Part shown: positions 1 to 8,559 of the stretch, piece after piece
How the letters are laid out: every line of letters starts with the position of its first letter
Position numbering within the stretch: position 1 is the stretch's first letter
Origin: a virus
Taxonomy: Duplodnaviria > Caudoviricetes
Direction: 5' to 3' (one strand)
DNA length: 53,372 bases
IMG/VR virus record: IMGVR_UViG_3300010160_000059
Coordinates: 1-53,372 of that record
Program-made: the position numbers and the translations under genes
Notes under the pieces: generated by a model
What the model was told of the DNA's origin: nothing
The model's database searches: none
Seen by the model: the letters and a program-made list of their open reading frames with translations, nothing else

Positions 1-234
1 TGCAGGCTCAGTTGTTTTTGTTTCGACCTTGGCAGCAGGTGCTTCACTTTTGACAGGCGTTGCCTTGGCTTCTACCTTGCAAGTCTTGTCTTTAGCAGGA
101 TCACATTTTGCAGCAGCAGCAGGAGCAGCGGCACTAGCAGCAGGTGCTGGAGCAGGTGTTGCAGTCTTAGCAGGCTCAGTAGCAAAAGCAGCGGTTGCTA
201 CCAAAGTAGCGATAAGAGTAGCGATTGTTTTCAT
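1..234 (-). CDS. Secreted Ala/Pro/Lys-rich protein with Sec signal peptide (3' end beyond window)
   Basis: My translation: MKTIATLIATLVATAAFA|TEPAKTATPAPAPAA...KCDPAKDKTCK...; SD AAAGGAAA upstream; frame open to base 1. The ORF track shows only its antisense shadow. Confidence 0.85.
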   Translation of the reverse strand, partial: MKTIATLIATLVATAAFATEPAKTATPAPAPAASAAAPAAAAKCDPAKDKTCKVEAKATPVKSEAPAAKVETKTTEPA

Positions 235-252
235 TTGAAGTTTCCTTTAAAG

Positions 253-420
253 TTAATGAAATTTATGCTTAACATTATCAACTCGACGACACGGAACACT
301 ACGCCTTTCATCACAATTGGATAATCTCCAATCATAACTAGTGGGCAAATATTGTTCCAAAAACGGTTCAGTTTTATCCTCTACCGGTTTATCGTAGTCA
401 AGTTGTTTTTTGTCTTGCAT
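253..420 (-). CDS. Small hypothetical protein (55 aa from ATG 420)
   Basis: ORF fills the gap between the tmRNA terminator and the secreted-protein gene; no SD; no motif recognised. Confidence 0.4.
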   Translation of the reverse strand: MQDKKQLDYDKPVEDKTEPFLEQYLPTSYDWRLSNCDERRSVPCRRVDNVKHKFH

Positions 421-428
421 ATATATAT

Positions 429-455
429 AACGCGGTAGCACAACAAAAAGTTTAC
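429..455 (-). promoter_or_regulatory. Possible ECF-sigma-type promoter (GTAAAC-N17-CGTT)
   Basis: The AAC-N17-CGT arrangement is typical of ECF promoters; it lies between a terminator and the next genes. Confidence 0.3.
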
Positions 456-462
456 AAGAATT

Positions 463-490
463 AAAAAGAAAGCACCCGAAGGTGCTTTCT
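463..490 (-). terminator. Intrinsic terminator downstream of tmRNA
   Basis: Minus strand AGAAAGCACC-TTCG-GGTGCTTTCT followed by T-tract; cUUCGg tetraloop. Confidence 0.88.
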
Positions 491-739
491 GTTATTTTCT
501 GTTACGAGGTATAACTACCCTAAGCGGCGTTTAGGCTGCTAATGCGAACTGTGAGTCGTTTGCGTTTACTTGTTTTGCTTGATTAACGGTCATCGCCTAC
601 CGTGTTGCCGTCGCCACTATCTAGTCCAATCGATCCTGTGTCATCCCCACCTAAATATACCTTATACACTTAGGTGGAGATGCCGGGCACTGCCCCCGGG
701 TCTTGGTCTCCTTCGTTTTGAAGGGATTACAACAATAAC
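491..739 (-). ncRNA. ssrA: Circularly permuted (two-piece) tmRNA
   Basis: Minus-strand order: T-arm CCGGG-GGCAGTG-CCCGG and 3' acceptor strand CATCTCC-A-CC (682-673), then a 24-nt intervening segment, then 5' acceptor strand GGGGATG (648-642) giving a G3.U70 pair, then TAAAC-GCA resume context and tag ANDSQFALAA* (563-531). The ends GTTATT/AATAAC are complementary. Confidence 0.95.
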
Positions 740-745
740 TTTTAT

Positions 746-892
746 TTATCGCCAAGTTTTCTGAGCGATACAATGTTGTATCCGTTGTACTTTCCACGCT
801 AGTCCCCAGGGCAGTGTGAAAAATATCTTTGTACCATTTGGAGTATACATGGTCTTACCATCATTGTCAATTCCCATCAATCCTATAAACAT
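746..892 (-). CDS. Small hypothetical protein (48 aa, MFIGLMGIDNDGKTMYTPNG...)
   Basis: Below the ORF-track cutoff; strong SD GAGGAG; fills the intergenic gap. Confidence 0.65.
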   Translation of the reverse strand: MFIGLMGIDNDGKTMYTPNGTKIFFTLPWGLAWKVQRIQHCIAQKTWR

Positions 893-907
893 ATCATCTC
901 CTCTAAC

Positions 908-1144
908 TCAATGTCTCACAGCAAACATACTGCTGATCATTGCTCTTACTAAAACTAAATCACTTTCACATGTAACTTCTATAGGTTCGTCAAGATCTGG
1001 ATCATCCTCCCATGCTTCTTTAGGAAACTGTAAAAAACTAAAGATAGTTCTAAAGGTCACAGTCCTGCCTTGCGTGTAAGCCAACTCTATCACATCCACT
1101 ATGGAATTTACTATTTGTTGAGTTTTAAAATCCAAGGGAGTCAT
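908..1144 (-). CDS. Hypothetical protein (78 aa)
   Basis: ORF on the gene-bearing strand, tightly packed, GGAAAA SD-like sequence upstream. Confidence 0.65.
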   Translation of the reverse strand: MTPLDFKTQQIVNSIVDVIELAYTQGRTVTFRTIFSFLQFPKEAWEDDPDLDEPIEVTCESDLVLVRAMISSMFAVRH

Positions 1145-1149
1145 GATAT

Positions 1150-1659
1150 CTATTTTCCTATTATTTCTATAGAATTAAACACTTCATCAAACGGTAAATC
1201 ATGCCAAAAAAATCTTATAAATTTTCTCACCATATTACGATCTTTTTTAACAACTGAATGCATATGAGAAGAATTTAATAAAAATGCTTCTTTATTTTCT
1301 GCTACAAAATGTTCAGCATACACTAAATCATAGGGATCACTATCTTCTAATTTTTTCTTCCAAAATATTGTAATATCATTATAGGTTTCTAAATAATAAT
1401 TTAGTGCAACCTGTGATGGTCCATCTACATGTTTACCAATACCACTTTTTAAAATTTCTGTATAGTTTACTGAAACTGGTGGTATATTAAATTTAATTAC
1501 TTGAGATAATGCATCAGTGAAATATTTTAAATCTTTAATTTCGTAACTAATGAATAGATCTTCGTACTTTTCTTTTAATTTGCTACTTTTTATTTTTTCA
1601 ATATCAACGTCTAATTTAAATTCTATTTTTTTAAAATAAACGATATTGTCCCCATTCAT
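1150..1659 (-). CDS. Putative 2OG-Fe(II) oxygenase-like (cupin) protein
   Basis: HxD (KHVD), ALNYY strand, distal H (HMHSV) and R (VRKFI) pattern typical of phage 2OG-Fe(II) oxygenase-like proteins; very AT-rich. Confidence 0.6.
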   Translation of the reverse strand: MNGDNIVYFKKIEFKLDVDIEKIKSSKLKEKYEDLFISYEIKDLKYFTDALSQVIKFNIPPVSVNYTEILKSGIGKHVDGPSQVALNYYLETYNDITIFWKKKLEDSDPYDLVYAEHFVAENKEAFLLNSSHMHSVVKKDRNMVRKFIRFFWHDLPFDEVFNSIEIIGK

Positions 1660-1668
1660 AAAATATAT

Positions 1669-1818
1669 TTATTCACTAATTCGAGAATAGTTAAGAACCA
1701 TGCCGGCGCCATATTGTGCTTCAGCAATCATTTTGGCTTGCCAATCGTTATCTGCACTAACTACAACATTAGCAGTTTGATACTGATTAAGACGAACCCA
1801 AACAGTGTAACGGTACAT
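1669..1818 (-). CDS. Small early protein (49 aa, MYRYTVWVRLNQYQTANVVVSADNDWQAKMIAEAQYG...)
   Basis: Missed by the ORF track; SD AAAGGAG; consensus sigma70 promoter directly upstream. Confidence 0.8.
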   Translation of the reverse strand: MYRYTVWVRLNQYQTANVVVSADNDWQAKMIAEAQYGAGMVLNYSRISE

Positions 1819-1847
1819 AGCAGACTCCTTTGTGTTGTTAAGCGTTA

Positions 1848-1876
1848 ATTATAGCAAGGTTTTACCTATTTGTCAA
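1848..1876 (-). promoter_or_regulatory. Consensus sigma70 (early) promoter
   Basis: TTGACA-17 bp-TATAAT with TGn extension, upstream of the 49-aa gene. Confidence 0.85.
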
Positions 1877-1984
1877 CCATAATTTACCCAAAAAGTGGAG
1901 AAATCTGCAAGAATTGGCTTCTCCTACCTCCCGGACTTGCACCTTCCAAAATGCTACGCATTATGCCCTTGCAGACTATAATAC

Positions 1985-2899
1985 TTATGCATTACTCAAA
2001 TCGTACAATCCAGTAACACCCGGACCTTTAGCATTTTTGTCATTCATAAATGTACAAACTTGTCCGCGATTTCCTGCTTTGTTAAAACTAATATGATGCC
2101 AAGGCAGACCACTTCCTGTACTTTTATACTCTAATAAGAATTGATCGTATTTGGTATTATCTTTTATCCACAATGCTCTTGTATAAAAATCTGCTTTGCT
2201 TGCTTTAGCATATTGAATATCACATGCCATACCTTTAGGATGTTGACTAGTAGGACTACCTACTCCTGCTTTTCTAAAAGAACAGGTCATAAATGCATCT
2301 GGATATTGTTTTTTAATAGGATCAAAACAATTAATAATCATAAGTCGTAAATTGTCACATACTTCTTGTACAGTCATACCATTCTGTGGAGCAATAGTAG
2401 CTACATCGTACGGGAAAATAACACCCATCTCTGTAGAAGAAGCCGGTTGTTTTGTAACATTTTTAACCTTATAAGTTATTCCAGTTAATGCACTAACATA
2501 TAATACTGTCTCGTCAACTGTTCCTCCTACTGCTACAGTACCAGCAGTTACTCCCTCTGTTACTCCAGCAGGTGGAGGTGTAGTATTGGTTGCTGCGGGA
2601 TTGGTTGCTGCGGCAGTTCCTTTATCTAAATCTGCTTGTGTAATCGTTCCAGCAGCAACTAATGCTTGTTGTTGTGTATCTACTGCGGCCGGGCTATCTG
2701 CGTCCCCCTCCGTTGCTTCTGTAACTGTGCTTTCTTGTGCAAATGAAGGCGAATTAATTGCTACATCAATAGCAGCAGAAACAGCGCCTGTCGCTGCTGG
2801 AGAATTCCATAGGGCTACAGGTATAAAATTGGCAAAAACATTTGGACTGTGAAAAACATCAGAACTTGTTGGGTAAGGCCCTGGGTTTACTACTGGCAT
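1985..2899 (-). CDS. Peptidase M15 family (Zn D,D-peptidase fold) cell-wall hydrolase, possibly virion-associated
   Basis: SFR...SQHPKGMACD (HxxxxxxD) and WHHISF (HxS) motifs; Ala/Thr-rich linker; N-terminal SPNVFAN motif. Confidence 0.8.
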   Translation of the reverse strand: MPVVNPGPYPTSSDVFHSPNVFANFIPVALWNSPAATGAVSAAIDVAINSPSFAQESTVTEATEGDADSPAAVDTQQQALVAAGTITQADLDKGTAAATNPAATNTTPPPAGVTEGVTAGTVAVGGTVDETVLYVSALTGITYKVKNVTKQPASSTEMGVIFPYDVATIAPQNGMTVQEVCDNLRLMIINCFDPIKKQYPDAFMTCSFRKAGVGSPTSQHPKGMACDIQYAKASKADFYTRALWIKDNTKYDQFLLEYKSTGSGLPWHHISFNKAGNRGQVCTFMNDKNAKGPGVTGLYDLSNA

Positions 2900-2921
2900 A
2901 AATTATCCCCTAATCTGATAT

Positions 2922-3209
2922 TTATCTTAGGGCAATATCAGTGGTACTATCTCTATATTGGTCAGCAGCATCGTGTTTGCTAGTCATCATAGCAAATATA
3001 TGTGACTTATTTAAAGTTACTTCTTTGCCATTGCCTAAAAACATCCAAGGCATTAATCCAACACCTTGACCATTAAGTGTAACACATAATGGTTTAATGA
3101 TTTTAACCGTATCAGCAGTTTCGCTTTCAAAACGTGCGATAAGTTCTTCACCGTTGATTAGTTTTAAACTAACAACATCAGCGGTGGTAAATCCTCTTTC
3201 TATTAACAT
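2922..3209 (-). CDS. Conserved phage protein, small beta-barrel (Sm-like) fold likely
   Basis: DVVSLKLINGEELIARF N-terminus resembles Sm-like small phage proteins; the fold is inferred. Confidence 0.6.
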   Translation of the reverse strand: MLIERGFTTADVVSLKLINGEELIARFESETADTVKIIKPLCVTLNGQGVGLMPWMFLGNGKEVTLNKSHIFAMMTSKHDAADQYRDSTTDIALR

Positions 3210-3210
3210 G

Positions 3211-3636
3211 TTATTCCTTGGTTTCTTTTGGTAATTCGCATAATGCCTCTAACAATTTATAGTGATTGTATGCTTTTTTCAACGCTTCAAAGTGTTCTAA
3301 TTTATCTGGGTCTGGTACAAGTATAGCAAGACGTTTGGATATTGTTTCCATAAACTCGCCGAGGTCCTGCCTATTTATCATAACCTTGCCTTCAAACTCT
3401 GCATCACCTTTAACATTTAATGTTGATTGCCCGTTATTAGTATTGATAGTTGCCCAGTTTGAGCCGCCGGTGCCGTTGGTCATATAATAACTACCAGAAC
3501 TGCCTACACTATATGTTCCAGCAGTAAGGCTAGGAATTGTCCCATTCATTGAACTTAAAGACGATATTTGAGCAGTAGTCAATGGAGAGATAGTAGTGTT
3601 CCAAGTATTATCCAAAGTGATGGTATCATAACTCAT
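3211..3636 (-). CDS. Hypothetical phage protein (Ser/Thr-rich N-terminus, helical C-terminus)
   Basis: ATGA overlap with glutaredoxin; 141-aa ORF. Confidence 0.75.
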   Translation of the reverse strand: MSYDTITLDNTWNTTISPLTTAQISSLSSMNGTIPSLTAGTYSVGSSGSYYMTNGTGGSNWATINTNNGQSTLNVKGDAEFEGKVMINRQDLGEFMETISKRLAILVPDPDKLEHFEALKKAYNHYKLLEALCELPKETKE

Positions 3637-3854
3637 TTTAGATATTCCTTGAGTTCAGTAAATCCGCCAACATATCCTTCTTCAATAAAAATTTGTGGAA
3701 GTGTACGTGCATTAGGTACTGCTTCTAATAATTCTTCCTTGGTATATCCATCACCGATCTTACGTTCTTCAATTTGATAACCCTTAGACTTTAGTAAAGC
3801 AGTTGCCTGATCACAGTAGGGGCAGTTATACTTACTCCATAATATTGCTTTCAT
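3633..3854 (-). CDS. grxC: Glutaredoxin
   Basis: CPYC active site, RTLPQIFI and VGGFTEL motifs; likely start MKAIL at 3854; next to nrdAB. Confidence 0.93.
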   Translation of the reverse strand: MKAILWSKYNCPYCDQATALLKSKGYQIEERKIGDGYTKEELLEAVPNARTLPQIFIEEGYVGGFTELKEYLK

Positions 3855-3859
3855 TTTTA

Positions 3860-4489
3860 TTATCCTTTTATATATGATGCTTTGTAATAGGTTGATGCTA
3901 CCATTGACCAACCTGCGCTTAGAAGATGGGATCTAATGACATTGTGATCATAATAATCCACAACATCATCGTAAACAAAAACTGCACCTTTGGGTGCCCT
4001 TGGTTCAAAAAATAATGTTTCATTAAATGTAGATTCTAAATCATGAGGACCATCAAAGTGTACCAATGAATATTCGTTGATTATTTGTTTACCCTTATCA
4101 AAGTAAATAGGGACCCCATCAGCAAATCTTTTAAAAAATTCTGTATCTTCCATGGGATACAGACAAAAATTAATGTTAGAATTTTCTATACAATATTGTG
4201 ACATAGAAATCATGATTCGATCACGCATATTGTTTGAATAATCGGTTTCTTCTGGAATAAAATTTTCTTTCCAGAAATATGGAATCTCACCATAGGGATC
4301 AATGGCAATATGTGTACGTGGGGCTATTTTTGTTTGAAGGGCATCTAATATACGTTTTGTCCCACCACCTGCTCGTAATCCTATTTCGCAAGTAATGCCA
4401 GGTACATCTCTAACCATCATAGCAGCATCATATAATATATAGTAGTCTCCACAACCGTCTTCAAATTCGCCTGCCTTAAAATTGCTCAT
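3860..4489 (-). CDS. Class I SAM-dependent methyltransferase (Methyltransf_24/TylF-like)
   Basis: CEIGLRAGGG, IAIDPY, LVHFDGPH and VFVYDD motifs. Confidence 0.85.
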   Translation of the reverse strand: MSNFKAGEFEDGCGDYYILYDAAMMVRDVPGITCEIGLRAGGGTKRILDALQTKIAPRTHIAIDPYGEIPYFWKENFIPEETDYSNNMRDRIMISMSQYCIENSNINFCLYPMEDTEFFKRFADGVPIYFDKGKQIINEYSLVHFDGPHDLESTFNETLFFEPRAPKGAVFVYDDVVDYYDHNVIRSHLLSAGWSMVASTYYKASYIKG

Positions 4490-4491
4490 TA

Positions 4492-4656
4492 TTATCCTCG
4501 TCTATTAATTACTGAGGCTATCTGACTAACCTCACCGCGTCTGCGGTTGTTTTCTCTTTCTAATAAACTTATACGTTGATTTAACTCTTGATTCTGTTTA
4601 ATCAATTGTTCAACTAATTGTTCAAGTTTTTTAATTTTATCAATTTCGGTAGTCAT
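4492..4656 (-). CDS. Small coiled-coil protein (54 aa)
   Basis: TAATG coupling to the nrdB stop; heptad pattern KIKKLEQLVEQLIKQNQELNQRISLLERE; missed by the ORF track. Confidence 0.7.
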   Translation of the reverse strand: MTTEIDKIKKLEQLVEQLIKQNQELNQRISLLERENNRRRGEVSQIASVINRRG

Positions 4657-5759
4657 TATAGATCTGGTAGTTCATCGTACATAACACTATCACTCATTAC
4701 ACCAATAACATAGTTTGTACTTTCAGTTTCCTGTAATGCGCTTTGTTTCTTGCCAATATTAACATGTTTGTTAAACCACGGAATAGGACTTGAACGTGGA
4801 TGCTCTTCGGCATACTTAATACCAATATCTTTCAAACGTGTAAATGCAGTATAATCCACAAAGTCTTTTAAAATAGTAGCATTAAGTCCAATTACAGGAC
4901 CTTTCTTAAATAAGTATTCGGCCCATGCCTTTTCTTCTTCTATAACTTCCATATACATAGCATACACTTCTTCTCGACACTCTTCTACTATTTTGGCAAA
5001 TCGATCATCATCTTTTACTACATTATTAATTAACCAAGCAGTCCATTCTGCGTGTAATAACTCGTCTTGTAGAATTAGGCTAATGATGTTTCCATTACCA
5101 ATATAGATCTTGTTCTCAACCATAGCCAGGCTGGTAGCAAATGATACCATGAAGCGGAATGCTTCTAATGCATAACTGGCATTGAGTGCTAACCAGATGG
5201 CCTTGATATGACTAGTCTCACTCACTGTTTTTGGATTAAGTTCCTTGAAGCAATTTAGTTCATGTAGTTTGTCGTAGTATCTACCTATACTTGCAGACAT
5301 TTCTACAATTTCTTTAGTGTCGTGAATCTTGTTAAATTCTTCTTTTGGCACGCTATAGACATTACGAATGATGTGACTGTAACTCTTACTGTGAATATTT
5401 GTTTCGAAGAACGACCAATTGCTAACAAGTGCTTCTAATTCAGGTATGCTAATTACTGGACTAAAGATCTGACCAGGGGCACGACCTTGAATACTGTCCA
5501 ATGCTGTTTGACGTAGCAGGTTACTGGTAAAGATATGTTTGACAGCATCACTGGCATCCTTGTGATCCATCTTATCTTTAGTCAAACTGATCTCTTCTGG
5601 TACCCAAAAGAATCCACGTGCTAAAGATTCAAATGTTTGTAATTTATTATATTTCACTTCTTCAAAACGTTGGACTGTTACTGGACCTTCTGGATCCAAA
5701 AACATCTTGCGTTTGAGATAGTTTGTTTGTTTGCTTAAATTGTATTGTTCTTTTGACAT
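4656..5759 (-). CDS. nrdB: Ribonucleotide reductase class Ia beta subunit
   Basis: FFWVPEE, DSIQGR, ETNIHSKSY, DELLH di-iron motifs and C-terminal ALQETE..NY; start MSKEQ at 5759 with GGAG SD. Confidence 0.97.
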   Translation of the reverse strand: MSKEQYNLSKQTNYLKRKMFLDPEGPVTVQRFEEVKYNKLQTFESLARGFFWVPEEISLTKDKMDHKDASDAVKHIFTSNLLRQTALDSIQGRAPGQIFSPVISIPELEALVSNWSFFETNIHSKSYSHIIRNVYSVPKEEFNKIHDTKEIVEMSASIGRYYDKLHELNCFKELNPKTVSETSHIKAIWLALNASYALEAFRFMVSFATSLAMVENKIYIGNGNIISLILQDELLHAEWTAWLINNVVKDDDRFAKIVEECREEVYAMYMEVIEEEKAWAEYLFKKGPVIGLNATILKDFVDYTAFTRLKDIGIKYAEEHPRSSPIPWFNKHVNIGKKQSALQETESTNYVIGVMSDSVMYDELPDL

Positions 5760-5766
5760 AATGCTC

Positions 5767-8088
5767 CTATAATTTGCAGGCCTCACAATTTTCTTCATCT
5801 TCGTAAACAGTAACTGGTTGAGATACTAATGCACTTTGGGTAGTGGTTAGAACATGTTTAGATCCTACCTTGTCGATAAGGCTATAATAAATTGTTTTCA
5901 AGCCCCACTTGTATGCCAACATTAGATTCTTGGCAATCAATGTGCCCGGAACTTTACCATCTCTAAAATGTCTTGGACTGTAGAATGTGTTAGTACTCAA
6001 ACTTTGATCAATGTACGCTGCCAATACTGCTGATGTTTTTAAATACTCAACACAGTCAGTTTGTTCCCACATCATTTGATATCGATTCTTTAGACGACGA
6101 TATTCTGGCACAACTTGTGTAAATGATCCTGCCTTGCTTTCTTTAACACTGATCAATTCCATAGGCATTTCAATACCATTAGTAGAATTTAAAACAACAC
6201 TACTAGATTCAACGGGAGCAACTGCCATAAGTGTAGCATTACGTATTCCATACTTTTTCATACGTTCACGCAATGGTTCCCAATCTATACTAGGTGTAAA
6301 ATCTGTAAGTTCATTGACACCGTTGGCTCTACGTTCCCAAGGAAATATTCCCTTACCGTAGTAAGTGTATTCGCTACGCTTACATGGGCCACGCTCTTGG
6401 GCCAGTTCTACACTTGCTTCGGTGAGGTAATATGCTTGATGTTCCATCCAACGTTTGACTTCTGCTAATGCATCTGCTTCACCGTATTTGAAACTCTTAC
6501 GTGCATGCCAATAGGCCAAGTTTGTAATGCCAACACCGAGAGGTTCAAAATCTGTATTAGCCAACTTGCTCTGTATGCTTAGGAAGTCTTGATAACTTAA
6601 TAAGTTACTTAGACTACGAACTAATACACGACAAGCCTTTCTCATTTCCTGCGGGTTGCGGAAGGCGCCCCAGTTGATGCTGCCAAGAGTGCAAAGAGCA
6701 ATGCGTCCCTCTGGATCTTCAATACGCTGGAAAGGTTTCGTGGGTAAAAGTATTTCTTGGCATAGATTTGATTGATATATTGGGTCAAGCCGTGTATCAA
6801 ACGGACCCTGGTTGATAACATTGTCGATATTGACAAGGTAGATGCGCCCAGTATCAGTACGTTCTTTAAGGATGCCATTTTTGAATATCTCATCCGCTGA
6901 TATGCTCTTCTTTTTAATTGTCGGATGCTTTTCATAATTTAAGTATAGTTGTTCAAATTCTTCGCTGTTGCGATAGTAGGCTTCGTATAAGTCTGGTACA
7001 TCATGTGGATCAAACAATGTCATCATGTGTCCATTCTTATACCGATTCCAAAACATTCTATTGACCACTACACTGTAATCCATTTGACGTACACGAGTTT
7101 CTTCTGTGCCTTGGTTGTTTTTCAATACAATAAGGTCTTCAAACTGATAATGCCAAACAGGAAATGTCACTGTACAACTTGCATTACGGATACCACCTTG
7201 ACTACAACTACGTAGATCAGCAAACCATTTTTTTAAGAAAGGTATCATACCTGTATGTTTGATTTCACCGTTACGTATAGGAGCACCGAGTGGGCGGATA
7301 CGTCCAATCTCTAATCCTATGCCAGCACGTTTGCTAGCATACTTGGCCATCATCTCACCACTAGCAAATATACTGTCCAGAGTATCATCGCTACTGATAA
7401 GCACACAACTTGAAAATTGTTTGGTAGTTGTGCCAAGTCCGGCAAGAACAGGAGTAGCAAGAGTAAAATGACCTGCGCTAGCACACTCGTAATATTCTTT
7501 AACATATTTTAATCTAACCTCTTTAGATTCATTATGGAATGCTGTGGCTGCTGCAACAGCATAACGTACCTGTGGAGTCTCAAATATCTGTCCAGTGGCA
7601 CGATTCTGTACTAGATATTTTTCACATAACTGTGCTATAGCGGCATAGGTATATGTTTCGTCTTTATCATGATCAATAAAAAGATCTATAATATTCCATT
7701 CATCTTCTGTATACCACTGTAATAGTTCAGGAGTATACATACCTAACTCTACATTCTTTTGTATAATACTATACAATTTAGGAGGATCGTATTGTCCATA
7801 CACCTCTTTGCGTAGCATACTAACACGTTGTCTACCTGCTACATATTGATAGTTGACATTATTAATTTCTGGATTTTCACTTTCGTCAACTAAATCTACC
7901 ATTGCTTTAAGTAATAGTTCGTCTATTGTTTCTGTGGTCATACCATCATGCAGTTCAATTTGCGCTTTGATTTCGATCATACTAGGACTAACACCATCTA
8001 TGCCCTTACAAGAGTATGCTACCTGTCTTTGTATTTTTTCAATATCAATGGGGACACGATCCCCATTACGCTTCACTACTGTAATCAT
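5767..8088 (-). CDS. nrdA: Ribonucleotide reductase class Ia alpha subunit
   Basis: ATP-cone VVKRNG, QFSSCVL, SNLCQEI, ALCTL, APVESSS, KTIYY and C-terminal CEACKL; no intein evident at 773 aa. Confidence 0.98.
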   Translation of the reverse strand: MITVVKRNGDRVPIDIEKIQRQVAYSCKGIDGVSPSMIEIKAQIELHDGMTTETIDELLLKAMVDLVDESENPEINNVNYQYVAGRQRVSMLRKEVYGQYDPPKLYSIIQKNVELGMYTPELLQWYTEDEWNIIDLFIDHDKDETYTYAAIAQLCEKYLVQNRATGQIFETPQVRYAVAAATAFHNESKEVRLKYVKEYYECASAGHFTLATPVLAGLGTTTKQFSSCVLISSDDTLDSIFASGEMMAKYASKRAGIGLEIGRIRPLGAPIRNGEIKHTGMIPFLKKWFADLRSCSQGGIRNASCTVTFPVWHYQFEDLIVLKNNQGTEETRVRQMDYSVVVNRMFWNRYKNGHMMTLFDPHDVPDLYEAYYRNSEEFEQLYLNYEKHPTIKKKSISADEIFKNGILKERTDTGRIYLVNIDNVINQGPFDTRLDPIYQSNLCQEILLPTKPFQRIEDPEGRIALCTLGSINWGAFRNPQEMRKACRVLVRSLSNLLSYQDFLSIQSKLANTDFEPLGVGITNLAYWHARKSFKYGEADALAEVKRWMEHQAYYLTEASVELAQERGPCKRSEYTYYGKGIFPWERRANGVNELTDFTPSIDWEPLRERMKKYGIRNATLMAVAPVESSSVVLNSTNGIEMPMELISVKESKAGSFTQVVPEYRRLKNRYQMMWEQTDCVEYLKTSAVLAAYIDQSLSTNTFYSPRHFRDGKVPGTLIAKNLMLAYKWGLKTIYYSLIDKVGSKHVLTTTQSALVSQPVTVYEDEENCEACKL

Positions 8089-8120
8089 TTGCTAACCTTT
8101 TTATTATTCTTAGATGATAT

Positions 8121-8555
8121 TTACCTAGGACTTAAAATTTCAATTATATTTTCAAGTTTAAATCCGTCATTTATTTCTAATGCAGGAATTGGACCATTAT
8201 CGTTGTAGTTAATCGCCCAGGTATTATCAATACATATTACATTATACTGTCTAGTCCGATTAGGATCAACCATAGTTTTAATTTCTATTTTGGAATCTTT
8301 AAATTTTTTTGTCAATTTCAAAGTCCAACTGATCATCAATGCTTTTGTAAAATCATCGTATATGTTAGTTTCTATAATCTCCCAAGGAGTAGGCCAACTT
8401 TTTTGATGATAAGGATCAATATTTCTATTGTGTGGAATGAAGGGAGCAGTTTGCCAAAAGTTCCAAACTTCTTGTAACGGATCTGAATTTTGATCCAAAT
8501 TTTTTCTATGTTCGATCCACTCTGTTAGTCTCGAATCAACAGATCGATTAAACAT
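8121..8555 (-). CDS. Conserved hypothetical phage protein (WPTPWE motif)
   Basis: Likely start MFNRS at 8555, just after the upstream stop. Confidence 0.7.
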   Translation of the reverse strand: MFNRSVDSRLTEWIEHRKNLDQNSDPLQEVWNFWQTAPFIPHNRNIDPYHQKSWPTPWEIIETNIYDDFTKALMISWTLKLTKKFKDSKIEIKTMVDPNRTRQYNVICIDNTWAINYNDNGPIPALEINDGFKLENIIEILSPR

Positions 8556-8559
8556 AAAG

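Noticed and set aside
29-238. Plus-strand 69-aa ORF
   Set aside because: Antisense shadow of the minus-strand secreted protein, which has an SD and signal peptide.
673-702. Stand-alone tRNA gene
   Set aside because: No D-arm or anticodon arm in tRNA order; it is the acceptor piece of the permuted tmRNA.
570-764. Plus-strand 64-aa ORF
   Set aside because: Antisense to the tmRNA gene; no SD; implausible composition.
4656-8088. Introns or inteins in nrdA/nrdB
   Set aside because: Both genes are normal length, with contiguous motifs.
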